A DNA stretch of 64,000 nucleotides from Selaginella moellendorffii. Lineage: Eukaryota; Plantae; Lycopodiophyta. The position numbers and the translations under genes are program-made. Positions 23,189 to 36,029 of the stretch are shown one piece after another. Location of the stretch: positions 99,299 to 163,298 of the forward strand of contig NW_003314342.1 in assembly GCF_000143415.4 (NCBI RefSeq). The letters run 5' to 3'. Position 1 is the stretch's first letter. Each line of letters begins with the position of its first letter. A model generated the notes under the pieces. It was not told where the DNA came from and searched no databases. It worked only from the letters and a program-made list of their open reading frames with translations.

Positions 23189-24379
23189 AACCTCTCGTTT
23201 CACGGGGTAAGCCCAAGTTAAGAATTAGCATCGTAATTGCCTTTGATTTCATCATTCTACAGTGCCGAAGGTCTGGAAACAGGAATAAGACACTGATAAT
23301 GTGTTTTCTGTATCGTGCAATGCTGGATGGCATTGCATGAGTTCCAGCAATAATATATAAATTGTCCAGGCCTTGATATAAAATATCTGAACCTCTCTTT
23401 CTCCTCCTCCTCTCTCTCCAAATCCCTAGATTTTCAATCAATCAATCGCTGATGCTCCACTCCCACCGCTAGATGTGCCTGGGCCTGGTTGTGATGCTCC
23501 AATCGACTCTTGTCAATCGATCAATCCGGTATGGCCAAGCGCTACCACGGAGGATGTTACTGGAATGGTCTTCGCTGCATGCAATGCAATTGTACGGAGA
23601 TCCCATCAATGCCAGCAAGGAGAATGCCAGCCGCTGCATCCGCTGAAGAATCGCCAAAGTTTGCCCTGGAAGAACCACGGGAGCATCTCGAATCGTGAAA
23701 ATTTGGGTTGACAGCGTGGATGAGATATAGAGAATAAGAGTGAATGAAAATGTTTTGGAGTCCTATGAGTCTTCTGTGATGTGTTTGAAATTTTCATGCC
23801 CTGAAAATGTCAGTCTTTTCTGGAAAGTTGTTGAACGTTCGCAATGACCAGAATGACAAGAAAATTTAGAACATGAAAAATAAAAAAGAAAGAAAGCCAA
23901 CTAAGAAATCTCGAGTCAATCTATCCATGGGTGTAAAGCGATCTAGCCGTACAATTGGACCTCACAATATGAAATAAACTTTTTTTTTTTTTTTTGGTCA
24001 AAAGTTGTGCCTTCTTAGTCTCGACGTGGTACTTGGATAAGCAACAAGATGGAAATATGACGCAGCTGTGGAGACAAGTTTTTCAACGAATCTGATCTCT
24101 TTCCCAAGACAGTCTAGCAACTACATACACCCTCTCTCGATCGAAAATGAAATGAAACACACACTTCTCTTCTAAAGATCGACAAGATCCAACTGTTTAT
24201 TTAGATTTTTGTTCTTTTAGTGGCAGTGAAGTCTATAGCAACGCGTGGACGCGTGGTAATGCATGAGTTCAACAATAATAAATATTATAAACTGTGAAAA
24301 AACAAAAAGTGTTGTCTTTACTCATCTGGATTCACAGCTTCATTTAGTGTTGTTGTGGTGTCCCAGCATTATAAGAAAA

Positions 24380-24488
24380 GGAACTAATACCAAGCAACAA
24401 ACCGTTGAGGTTTCTCCCACATCCTCTCCCATGGCCAGCATCAAAACCATGGCAGGCGCCAGAAGCAACCATGCCATGTTCTTCATGA
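24380..24488 (-). pseudogene. Peptide-family paralog relic (signal region only)
   Basis: MKNMAWLLLAPAMVLMLAMGEDVGE-like; mature region lost. Confidence 0.55.
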
Positions 24489-25289
24489 TTTAGTGCAAAA
24501 ACTCATAAATCGTGAGTAAAATGTAAAATCACGTGGCAATGTTTGGCGGTTTCCATGAGGTAAAATGCAGAATCACACGGGGTTTCATTGGCATGAAAGG
24601 TTTTATGATGGATCTCAGTGTCATACAAGAGTTGATCACTTATTTCACTCAGAAATCTAGCCATTTAGAACTCATTCCATTTCTCTATTTCATCTCTAGA
24701 GATCAGAAAAACAGTAGAAGGAAGCATTTGCTAAGCTTGGCTGAAACAAAAGAAGGCATAGAATCTTGAGGTAAGAACATTCTTGTAAAAAGGAAAGCAT
24801 TTCTTTCTTTTATGTTTTCTAGATCCTACCACAAGATTTACTGTTACATGATGTAACAGTAAATCTTACATCAACTGCAAATCTCAGCCAGCACAGCATG
24901 CATACTCTAAGGAAATCTCACGATACTTCCTTGGCTGGTCCAAAAGGTACAACAACCAACCGGTGTACCAAAGAGCAAAAGAACATTATTTCCAAGAGCT
25001 CGTGTGCAAACACTTGTAGCTCCTGGAGGCTATCCCGTTCGTCACTGCATCCAGAGGTACACTATAAGTGTGTAGCTTCCTCTGAGGTCTTAACTGAACC
25101 ACTTTCCAGCCCGTTGTGCAGAAAATTTGTCAGGCAGCTCATGTCAGTGAAAGCCAATGTCCCAGACCTGCAAAGGTAAAAGATGGTCAGGTTAAAAGAA
25201 AACGAAGTGCAACTTACTTCTCTGCTGTATTTCCAAGTTGTTTCCAGGCATCTATAACAAGTTCAACCTGCTACCAAAGCATGTGCTCA

Positions 25290-26820
25290 GAAGCAGATAG
25301 GGTATACTAGAAACTGGAACGAGGAATTAATGAAGCAAGCCATTCAAATCGTGAAAGATGGAAACTCGTCTAAGAGAGAAACAGCTTACACAAATTCAAG
25401 GTGGACGTAGCAAGGGGCTACCAGGCCCACCCACACTTCTTACATCAAACGAAGAAGGTAGTCTTGTTGCCATGGTGAAACACGAGCAGAGATTGGTTTA
25501 TCCGCTCACCATGAATTAGGTGAAAGAAGCTGCAAAGCTGTAACTACCTGGACAGACACAGGACCGAGCCAAAAGTGGCAATAGCTTCGTGAAAAGGCAC
25601 CCAAAGATCAGTAGCAATGCAAAGTTCTTGAGCAAAGAAGTTGTGTCACGATTCTATGAGAATCTTGATGCATCTTACGTTGCAAGAAGTTATGAGCCAA
25701 ATCACATCTGGAATGTTGATGAAACCAGTGTCTGAGCCAATTTTTCTGGAGGTGTCAAAGTTTTGGCTGCCCGACCTGCTACTGAGTTGTACCAAACACT
25801 GAGCACATGATTGTTCTAGTGGTGGTGAATGCTGCAGTGAGTGGGAGCTGCATTTGCCATCGGTAAGAAAGCTTGAATGATGAACAATCTATGGCCACTT
25901 CAGCTTGAACACTTTATGAAATCAATCCCTGGTGGATGCTTGCCCACAAACTCTCATCATTGATGGCCACAAGTCTTATGTGACCAAGCTTGCCCTGGGA
26001 ACAGCAAGACTGTTAGGCGTGGACGTACCCACACACACTTCTCACCACGTGCAGTCTTTGAACGTCGGCCCCTACAAGCATTACTTTGACAGGGGCATCT
26101 TGGACACAAAGTTAATTGCAATTATCCAGCAGAGCCATGGCTATGGCTCTAACAGGATTCAGAGCAAGTGGTTTGTGATTGTTGAACAAGAATGCCATGA
26201 ACACTCACTTTGGGCTGAGTACACTCCACACAGCATCTTTCAACGACTTTGAACCAGATTTTGGAAACAATTTGGAGACTCGGGGCTGGAAAGCCAAGCA
26301 GCAACCTCAATCACAAACTAGCATAAGGATCTAGTGTACCCTGAGAAGTATGAGGTCCATCCAATGCAAGAGATCCATACAGTGCAGCCCAAGCAGCAAC
26401 CAAGCAATCAGCCCAACCAGCCTGAGCTCCCAAACTTTCTGAACAGCCTGAGCAACCAAATCAAGGTGAAAGCACTTCCTAGTCAATGTTGTGGCTTTGT
26501 TTCATAGGGGGTTCATTTGAGCTTTAAACTGAGCAGTGTGAACAGCACAAGCATCAAAACCACAAAGTGGCATTCTTTCATGCAAAATTATTTGTAAGAG
26601 CATAATATCATTTTTTATTTAGACCAATGTTGCAAGTTAGTAATGGGATTGTCTTAAGAAGTCCAGAATTCACAAGTGTTATTCAAGCTATTGCTACTGC
26701 AAAAGAAACACATAAGCACCAAAAAAAACTAGAAGCAACTACAAGCAAAAAAGAAAACCAAGAAACAGCCAAGAAAGAAAGAAACAACAATTGCGAAGAA
26801 AAAGGAGAGGAAAGAAGTAA
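25290..26820 (+). pseudogene. pogo/Fot1-like (Tc1-mariner, DDE_1/CENP-B type) transposase, degenerate
   Basis: NWNEELMKQAIQIVKDG (psq-type HTH), SFVKRHP, PNHIWNVDETSV, LIIDGHKSY, PTHTSHHVQSLNV; many stops and deletions. Confidence 0.8.
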
Positions 26821-26944
26821 CCACTGGAATTGTTTGAGTTAGAACTTATCCACACTAGTCAGTGTTTTTCTAAATTCTTCTTCATATTTATTACGGCTTT
26901 GAATACAATAGAAATCCCTGATTCATTAATCTTTCATTTCAGCC

Positions 26945-27163
26945 ATGCAACTCCAGAACACACAGTGAGTTGTAGCCAAAAATTTGCAAAAGATCTCTGA
27001 AACCACCACACAGAGGAGCTTATAGCTCTCTGGTTGTGACATATCAATGCCATCATCAAGGGCATCGGTCATACCAATACCAGGCAGCAACGGTTGCGAT
27101 TTCTCCCATATCCACTCCCATGGCCAGCATCATCACAACAAACCATGGGCCCATGTTCTTCAT
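26945..27163 (-). pseudogene. Peptide-family paralog type B, disrupted
   Basis: MKNMGPWFVVMMLAMGVDMGEIATVAAWYWYDRCP then stops; mirrors 59261-59455. Confidence 0.6.
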
Positions 27164-27641
27164 GATTTGCTGCAAAAACTAAGAGAAACAATCTCTAGTA
27201 TACTGGAGAGAAGTGGTTTGATCTGTGACCCCCATCATAGTTATAGCTCAAGACGCTAGAATGCTCTTGGGAAGGCATCTTGAATATTTGAAAGTTAGTT
27301 GTTCCATGTTTGTCAATTCCTTCTCTTTTCTATAATGCTGGGGCATAGAACGAAGTTTGCAACACGAAGAAGGAAGTAAAAGTGCCACACAAGAAAAGCT
27401 CAGTCGGCAGGCCTGGAGTCAAAATGAAGTAAACTCCTGAAATGAAGCTATGAATCCAGATGGGAAATAGAGAGTACAGACATTTTTATCAAGGCCTGGA
27501 CAGTTTCTATATTATTGTTGGATCTCATGCAATCAGTGTTCTTTTATTCTTCTTTCCAGACCCTGGCACTGCAGAATGATGAGTTCAGAAGAATTATGAT
27601 GCTCACTCTTAAGTTGCGCTTACCCCTTGAAACGGGAGGTT

Positions 27642-27839
27642 TCAGTTGCGCCAGCAGCGATTGTTGCGCCAGACCCAACCCCTCTGGCAACGGTGGCAGC
27701 TGTTGTCATACCAATACCACCCCGACTGGCAGCGCTGGGCAGCAGCCTTTGCGATTCCTCCCACGTCTACGCCCATGGCCAGCATCATCACAAACATGGC
27801 AAGCGCCAAAAACATCACCAAGAAAGCCTTGTTCTCCAT
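27642..27839 (-). CDS. Small secreted Cys/Trp/Arg-rich peptide precursor (type A), intact copy 2
   Basis: 65-aa ORF ending QRCQSGWYWYDNSCHRCQRGWVWRNNRCWRN; TATA at ~27927-27933 (minus). Confidence 0.85.
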   Translation of the reverse strand: MENKAFLVMFLALAMFVMMLAMGVDVGGIAKAAAQRCQSGWYWYDNSCHRCQRGWVWRNNRCWRN

Positions 27840-28129
27840 GATTTGCTGCTCAGACTAAGATCAAGTAGGCTTGTATATTAGAGAGAAATGATTTGGTCTG
27901 TGAGGCAGGACTCAGGAGGGGCTCGTATTTATAGCTCGAGGCAGCTCAAAATGTTAGATGGAGGCTGGAGAGTTGTCTTGGGACGGCTTCGCTTATTTCT
28001 CATCTCTGGAAGAATATTTGAAAGTTAGTCCAGTAAAAGTGGTTCCGTGTTTGCCAATTCTTTTTTTCCTATAATGCTTCTCCAACCCTTCAAATCCTTA
28101 TCTCCAAAGTCACTCTAGCATTCCTTTTC

Positions 28130-28370
28130 TAGATTTGCCAAAACTTTACAAGAGTTTGATTCAAAGTTCCATAGAACTTTGATGCTAATATACCAAACAC
28201 GAACCTCATACCTTGTCTTCCATTTCGACCACACACCCGGTACGCCCGCCTCAAGTCTCCCGCAACATTAATCAAAGTGGTAAATATTACATCGTCTCTT
28301 CTCACTGGCAGGCTCTTGACAATCTCTTGGGCATGCCCAGCATGCCAAAACAGATCGATCACGCACCAGC
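28130..28370 (-). pseudogene. Duplicated 3' tail of PPR-A (E-domain fragment)
   Basis: IDLF..AG.AQEIVKSLPVRRDDV matches the PPR-A C-terminus (~19470-19690); further copies at ~38530-38820, 44800-45080, 51140-51340, 58150-58320. Confidence 0.8.
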
Positions 28371-28524
28371 AATACAGGCTGCAACGGTTAATGAGATATT
28401 ATTCGATAAATTTTTTATTCTTATTTAATTTACTTATAATTATTTCTGTTATTCTATTAATTAAATCTTGTTATTGTACTTTCGCATATGTTACATTGAT
28501 AGAAAGTTAACCGGCCAAATGGAC

Positions 28525-30259
28525 TCATCGCAGCTGCTTTTGCAGATTCGACACGAGCACGTAGAGCGCCGAGTCCCCTGGTTTCATCTCCAAGAGTTTC
28601 TCTGCGGCACGAGCTGCAACATCGATGTTCTTGTCGCTACCATGAACTTTGCAAGTGCTGATCAAGCTCTTCCACGCGAGGAAATGCGGCTGGAAGGGCA
28701 TCACCAGCAGCAGACCTTCAGCCTCGGCAACCAGCCCGGCTCGTCCCAGCACATCTGCCATCGCCTGGAAGTGAATCACATTTGGAGAAATGCTGTACTC
28801 GGCCACCATAGATCGAAAGTAGTCGAGTGCCACACGGAGCTTCCCACCGTGATTGCAAGTCAGGAGAGAATCGCCTGGAAATTTATCTCGTTTCTCGCCT
28901 CGCCCTCCATCCCCATGCTACCAAAAAAACTCAGCAGCTTTTCGCTCATGGCCATTCTGTGCGCAGCCATGGATCATCGCGTTCCACGACACAATGCTCC
29001 GATCAGGCATTGTGGAGAAGATCTTCCCGACCTGCAAGAGATTCCCCCTTCGATCGCTCGCGGCAAGGATCGCGTTCCAGCTCGCTGTGTCTCTCACCGG
29101 CATGGCTGTGAAGAGCTCCCGCGCTTGGACGAGGCAATTGCTCTGGATGTAAGCTCCCAGCATCGTGTTCCACGCGGCGCTATCGTGCTGTGGCATTTTG
29201 TCGAACAAGGCTCTGGCATCGATCAAGCTCCCGTGCAAAGCAATTGCCGCCACCATTGCCGTCCAAGCGACGAGATAGCGCTGTGGCATCCGTGCAAACA
29301 TCTTCATGGCTTCTTCGAGGTGGCCGTTGTTGGAGTAGGCCAAAATCGTGGCAGTCCACACCACGTCGTCGTGATAAGGAGCTTGATCGAAGAGAATGCG
29401 AGCTTCTTCGAGCTGGTTTCTCTCGGCCAGTGCTGTGATCATTGTCGACCACGATGCAACGTTCCTCTGTGGCAGGGCATCAAACAGAGACCTTGCTTCT
29501 TGCAGGCTGGACGCGTTCCACGAGATTAAGTCGCGGTGTGCCATTTTACTGAAAAGCTCCTTGGCTTTTTCAATATGCCCAATCTAAGCATATGCAGTGA
29601 CAAGAACAGTCCATCCCAGCTCGTTGGTTTTGGGAATTCTCATAAACAAATTTATTGCATCGTTAACAAGAAATTTTCTTGCAAACCCAGTAACCAGAAC
29701 AGTCCAAGAAACTATGCTGTGTTCTAGCATTCCATCGAAGACCTGGCTCCTGATCCATATGCCCATTATGGGCACATGCTGTAAGTAGCGAGTTTTAGCA
29801 AACTACATCCCATTCTAGAACCTGATCAAAACATGCTTGGCATTCCTCCACGTTTCCCCGGTTTGCATGAGCCGAGAAAACAGTGACCCATGCAACAATA
29901 TTTTTTTGTGGCATCTGGTCAAACAGCTCTTTTGCTTCCTCGAGATACCCATTCTGGGCATAAGCGCCAAGCATCAAGTTCCAGGAGAATCTGTTGGGCT
30001 CGTGGATGCTGATAAACACCTGCCATGCTCGATCCGCGCGCTCCCACCTTCCATAGAGCTGGATGAGAAGATTTGCGAGGTACCTGTTGGATTGGTGGTG
30101 GCTGCTGCGCGTGGAGGCTGGCGCAAATCTCTTTCCTGGATGCAAGCTGTGAGGAGTTGCGCGTAGTCGTTCGAGCGACGATGCGCGCCGCTCTAGATCG
30201 TCCACGGCCTGTTCTAGAGGCTTCAATCGGTACGTCTGCGTGGTAGTGATTCCTCTCAT
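28525..30259 (-). pseudogene. PPR-B paralog, frameshifted
   Basis: Same N-terminus MRGITTTQTYRLKPLEQ as 38862-40640 but split over ORFs 29795-30259, 29584-29775, 28918-29544, 28525-28833. Confidence 0.9.
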
Positions 30260-30499
30260 CGATAATTTCCTTTGCTTTTACCGGTGTTTTCCTGGAATAC
30301 AGTAAACTCTCTCGACTGACAAGATAGAGCTTTGATTTGTCAATGGCGAATAAGCGTTTCCGAAGGCGACATTTCATATGGGGCAATTGGATTTCTGCTG
30401 TAAAAAGGAAACGGTGGTCACAGTGTGTTCCCTCAACTTGGTCTTCATAGTTATCACGGTTTGAATTATAAATTGCTAAATAATTTCCGAGAGGAAACT

Positions 30500-30600
30500 T
30501 ACGATCCATACCAGCGCCATCCTCGAGGTGCGATTCCTCCCACGTCCACGCCCATGGCAAGCATTACAAACGTGACGAGCACCGAAAACAACAACTTTTT
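30500..30600 (-). pseudogene. Peptide-family type C relic
   Basis: MGVDVGGIAPRGWRWYG-like; start lost. Confidence 0.55.
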
Positions 30601-30694
30601 TGCTGCTAGTAAGCTTGTTATGGTTTAATCTATGAGGCCCCTTCTGCCGCACAGATCAAAGTACTTCTCTCTTCTCTTAGTTTGTCAGCAAATC

Positions 30695-30901
30695 ATGGAG
30701 AACAAGGCTTTTTTGGCGCTCGCCATGTTTTTGATGATGCTGCCCATGGGCGTGGACGTGGGAGGAATCGCAAAGGCCGCTGCCCAGCGCTGCCAGTCGG
30801 GGTGGTATTGGTATGACAATAGTTGCCACCGTTGCCAGACGGTTGGAGCTGACGCAACAATCGCTGCTGGCGCAACTGAAACCTCTCGTTTCACGGGGTA
30901 A
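30695..30901 (+). pseudogene. Type A peptide gene frameshifted in the second repeat
   Basis: MENKAFLALAMFLMMLPMGVDVGGIAKAAAQRCQSGWYWYDNSCHRCQ then out-of-frame TVGADAT...; shortened signal peptide. Confidence 0.8.
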
Positions 30902-31199
30902 GCCCAAGTTAAGGAGCAGCATCGTAATTGATTTCATCATTCTGCAGCGCCAAAGACACTGATACCGTGCTTTCTGTATCGTGCGATGCTGGATGAGTTC
31001 TAGCAATAATATATAAATTGTCCAGGCCTTGATATAAAATGTCTGAATCTCTCTTGCTCCTTCTCCTCTCTTCTCCAAATCCCTCGACTTTCAATCAATC
31101 CATCGCTAGATTGATCGATTGCTCCAATGATCGGCAAGCAACAAGACTCGATTGGAGCATCACAACCAGGCCCAGGCACACCTAGCAGTGGGAGGGGAG

Positions 31200-31335
31200 G
31201 TTGGGGGGATGGTGCAGCACTGCCGCAAAGGATGGTACTGGAATGGATTTCGCTGCATGCACTGCAATTGGTACGGGTATGACAACAGAGGCCATCGATG
31301 CCAGCAAGGGGAATAGCAGCCGCTGCCTCCGGTGA
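31200..31335 (+). other. Module D: three-repeat Cys/Trp peptide-coding segment without a signal peptide
   Basis: HCRKGWYWNGFRCMHCNWYGYDNRGHRCQQG; other copies ~23535-23646, 48345-48443, 52105-52219 (+) and 55040-55170 (-). Confidence 0.6.
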
Positions 31336-32389
31336 AGAATCGCCAAAGCTTGCTGGGTTGACAGCGTGGATGAGATACATAGAATATGAAAATATTTTGG
31401 AGTCGATCTCTATATACGTGTTTGGAATTCTGTCAATGTGTTTTCTGGAAAGTTGTTGAACGTTCGCAATAACCAGAATGACAAGAAAATTTAGAACATG
31501 AAAAATAAAAAAGAAAGAAAGCTATCCAAGGGTGTAAAGTGTTCAGCTTTAAATAAACTAATATATATTCTTGTCAATGAAAGTGAACTTGGAAAAGCAA
31601 CAAGATGGAAATATGACAAGTGGAGACAAAACAACAATCTGATCTCTTTCCCAAGACAAAGTCTATCAAGTACATACACCATGTATATAAAACACGGATT
31701 TTTGTTCTTTTTGGTGGCAGTGAAGTCAATAGCAATTGATGCATGAATTCAACAATAATATATATTATAAACTGTGAAAAAACAAAAAATGTGGTCTGTA
31801 CGATTTCCTTGACTAACTTTCAAAGGATAAAGTGATGCCACTCTAGCATTGTATCCTTGAGGAAACCTGTGTTCAAGAGGTTTTCTTTTTATACCAATAA
31901 AAAAATGCATCTTGGTATACTATTTAAATTTATCCTTCCAAAAGTTTGCATAATCATTATCACTTTTGAGACAAAATCTTTGAAGTTAATATCCTCAAAG
32001 ATTCATCCACACTAATTGTAGTGGATAGACCTAAAATATACTAGTCTGAAGAGGAATAGGAAAGTGCATAGAATCTTGAGGTAAGAACATTCTTGTAAAA
32101 TAAAAGCATTTTTTTCTTTTATATTTTCTAGATCCAATCACAAAATTTACTGTTACATGAAGAGCTCGTGTGCAAACAGTTGCAGCTCCCAGAGGCTATC
32201 CCGTTCTGGGCCATCATTGCATCCAGAGGTCCTTTGAGGTCTTAATTAAACCACTTTCAGCCCGTTCTGCAGAAAAATTGTCAGGCAGCTCTTGTCAGTG
32301 AAAGCCGTGTCCCAGACCTGCAAAGGTTAAATATAAAAGAAAGAGAAGCCCAACTTACTTCTCTTCTTGTTGTTTCCAGGCATCTATAG

Positions 32390-33901
32390 CACTCAATGAA
32401 CTTTACAGCTTGGAGCAGCAGCCCAATGAGCAAGTACAAGATTACATCACTTGGCTCTAGTGTAAGGTGGTGGATATTCTGCTACTGGATCCAGATTGCG
32501 GTGTTACATATCAAGAGTTCAATGCTGTCTTTTGTAAAGGACTTGCAACTTGGTGCCATGAAGTCTCATATCTTAGATACATCAAGAAAATTCCCGACAT
32601 CACCCAGTGGCAAATTTTTGCTGAGCTCATGCAGTATGAGAAGACCATCGTTGGCAAAGGCAAATCTGCTGAGCAGGAAGAGATTGCCATGATGACTCAT
32701 GGCAATCAACAAGCACGAGAAGGGTGCTCCTCTGTTTTTAATGGACTTGGAAACAAGTGCTCCAATAGCAAGGATGAAAAACTAGGAACCAAGCAAGAAT
32801 TCAACTTGAAATATAGGATCCTGAGTAGGGATTGTCCCATGAATTATTGTTAAAAAATTATTCAACTTTTGAGTATGAGTTATTCTTAGAGCTAAGGCAA
32901 TGCACAGGCCAAGTGCAACTCATAGCTAATATCTTGTTAACAGTTAAAGGTGTAGGCACAATTCAAGTGTGACTACTAATAGACTTGGTGGTTCCAGTCA
33001 AGCATGTGTGGTACATTCCCAAGGCTCAACATTTCTTGGTGTCCCTTGGACAAATGATAGAGTAAAGATTCGACACGATGATTGTGTCAAGATCATACAT
33101 TTAGAGGTTGGATATGTGGCTTTTGCAAGTAAGATAGGATGGTTTTTCCAGATGGATTATGAAGTTTGTATCCTAAGTTGCTAGATATGATGATAATGGC
33201 TACTGTGAGTTCATCTTTAGGGGGAGTTGTAGATATCCAATGGCATCATCAGCTTTGCCATATGAACTACAAAATGATTCAACAGTTGCAATAAGACCAT
33301 ATGGTTGAAGGCTTAGCCATCACGCCTTCTTCAATGCTATTATGCAAACCATGCATAATGGGCAAGCAACATGGTTGCTTGTTCAACTTTAGCAAGAGTA
33401 TTCATATGATAGGTCCTCTCCAGCTGGTGCACTTAGACTTGTATAGTCCATTTAAGAGGTATTTTATTTCATTCATAGATAAAGCTATAAGGTCTGTACT
33501 AAGGAAAATTTGCCTACATTTAAAGCTTATAAGCATGAAGTGCAGAACTAGCTTGATTTGCATATCAAAGTTCTCTACTCTAATGGAGGAGTTCCATACA
33601 CTACTGAATAGAGCCAGCTAGGACATAGTTGATGTTAGTCTTCCTCCCAAGTTTTGGGATTGTACAGTTGTCTTTATGTGTAATAGGGTGTTAATTACAG
33701 TTGTTCAAGACAAAACACTTTATAAAACTTGGACTGGACAACATTCATGCATAGATATCTTTGTTAGGGGGATGAGGGGCACTCCCTTAACACTCGCTCA
33801 AACACGAGAATTGCTCTAATGTTCTTCACAAATGCTTCCTTTTTGCTTTTGTGGGGCAAGGGTTTTATACAAGAAGGATGGGGAATATTCCAAGAATTAA
33901 A

Positions 33902-33959
<58 letters not shown>

Positions 33960-35640
33960 AGTGGCCATGCCCTATCATGATCTTAAGATGTTCCTAATGA
34001 GCTCCATAGAAAGTTGAATGTTAAATCCAATTTGGGCTATAGTAAGGATATTGACTCCTTCACCTAAACTCAAGCAAAGAGTTCATGAGTTGAGATGTGA
34101 TCTTTGATGAGCATTGAGTTTATGACACTGGGAGTTCCTTCTACAAGTTTTCCTTATGGAGAAAGAAGGGGGAGATTCCAACCTATGTTCTTTAGTCCAT
34201 GAGAATGATAATGATCCTCATCCTCGACGTGGCTGTTTGTATGCTCCAGCTGCAAGGGGAGCTTTGACCTTTGCTATGACACAAGATCCTAAGCCTGGAC
34301 AGGTGGTGTGGATTGCTTACCTTTTGAGCTTGAATAGGTGGTGCAACTTACTAAGCCTGAAAAGGTGGTATCCTGAATTCCTAATAATTCTAAGGGATGA
34401 GTTCTTGGTCATGACAGGGTTCTTGCATATGATCCTAACTAAGTCCCTAGTTCTTGAGCAGCCTGAGCATAAACTCGTGATCAAGATATTGTCCAATTTC
34501 TTAGCCACTCTAGACACCCTTTGACATATATCAGAGCTTATCAGCAAGAGTAAGTTGAAAGGTGAGCATGAGCAGCTGCCAAAGCCTCTTAAGTTTGATG
34601 ACCATGTTTACAGCTGTGAAGATGCAAATTCTTGTTATGCTTGCTCAAGCTAAGAAATCTCCTTATGCTGCTACATGGGATCAAGCTATAGCTGATGAGA
34701 TGTGAGCTCATGAGAAAAATGAGACTTGGTACATTTCTAAATTTGTTTCTGACAATGCTAATGTCATTTTGACAAAGCTTCTACTTTGTGTGAAAGCTGG
34801 ACCACCAAAAGAAGTGCAATGCTTCAAAGCCATACTTGTGGTGAGAGGCTTCATTTGATCTAAGGTATTGACTTTACAGAAACCTAGCCCAATTGTGAAA
34901 ATGCATGATCTTTATGTGGAGTAGATGGATGTGAAGACAGTTTTTCCACATGAAGAAATTCCTGAAGAGGTTTACATCCTTGAAGCAAGAGGATTTACAG
35001 GCTGAACAAGCCTTTATATGTCCATATATTTGGTATAAGAAAATTGTTTTGATTTCTCTTGGATTCTAGAAAGCCCATGTTGATTTAAACATTTTTATGA
35101 AGTTGGAGGATGGTGCCTTGGTCATTTTTGGCCTTCTATGTGGATGATGGGCTCTTTGTTTCCAACAACAAAACACTCCTTGCTGAAATCAAGTAAAAGT
35201 TAGGAGCTAAATGTGATATGCAAGTTGGCTTTGTGAATACTTTCCTTGGGAATGACTAAGAGTTAATGAGACTCTCACAACAAGCTTATATAGAGGATAG
35301 GTTTAGGCTTGAAATCCTTAATCCTTCTGTTATTTTAATGCAAGCAAGTACTCATTTGTCAACTTCTAGCAAGGCTAAGAGGCATATGCCACATTGCCAG
35401 GTCATTGGATGCTTGATATATTTGCACCCAGACATTGCTTATTAGAGGTGGCCAAGTTTCTAGTTGAGCTTTTATTTTGTGAGGCTATACCAATATAAAC
35501 TATGCTGGGGATTTAGATGGTAGGAAGTCTACATTTAACTTTCTTTTTCCTTGGTGATGGAGTGGTTACATGGAATAGTAAGTTGCAAGCAATGACTACC
35601 TTATCGACAATTGCTAATATAATGGCTTATGGTGATGAAA
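32390..35640 (+). mobile_element. Degenerate Ty1/Copia retrotransposon
   Basis: Gag-pre-integrase WHHQLCHMN...MVEGL...CKPCIMGKQH, PLQLVHLDL (integrase), KNETW, MDVKT, YVDDG (RT), RKST...GDGVVTWNSKLQ (RNase H), in Copia order. Confidence 0.85.
33906..33958 (+). repeat. (TC)n microsatellite, ~26 units
   Basis: Direct sequence. Confidence 0.98.
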
Positions 35641-36029
35641 GTTTTCATTTTTTTTTTCTAAAATTTAGTTTGTAAGCAATAAAATATATAAATTTTCATT
35701 TATGCATAAATTTTACATTTAAGAAAATTAGATTATATATACATTTGATTTTTGGGCCTGTTGCCAATGTTGTGGTTTAGAAAGAAGTTTATAACAAAGA
35801 AGCAAATGAAAGTGCTATACAAAAAAAGCTTCTTAGAGTCAAAATCAAGTAAACACACTAAATGAAGTTCTAAATCCAAATGAAAAATAGAGAGAATAGA
35901 CATTTTATATCATAGATAGTATATATTATTGTTGGATCTCATACACTGTCAATGTCATTTATTCTTGTTTCCAAACTCAAGAACCTAGCATTGGATAATA
36001 ATGAATTTAAAGGATTTGAGTTGGGCTTA

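Larger units (their letters stand above)
26826..32390. repeat. Left arm of a ~5.6-kb inverted duplication (partner ~53990-59576)
   Basis: Order type B, type A, PPR-A tail, PPR-B, type C, type A, module D is mirrored on the opposite strand; end GGAATTGTTTGAGTTAG (26826) is mirrored by CTAACCCAAACAATTCC (~59560-59576). Confidence 0.85.

Noticed and set aside
33762-34127. Solo LTR nested in the Copia element (TG...CA around the TC repeat)
   Set aside because: Flanks ATCTT and CTGGG do not form a TSD; boundaries unsupported
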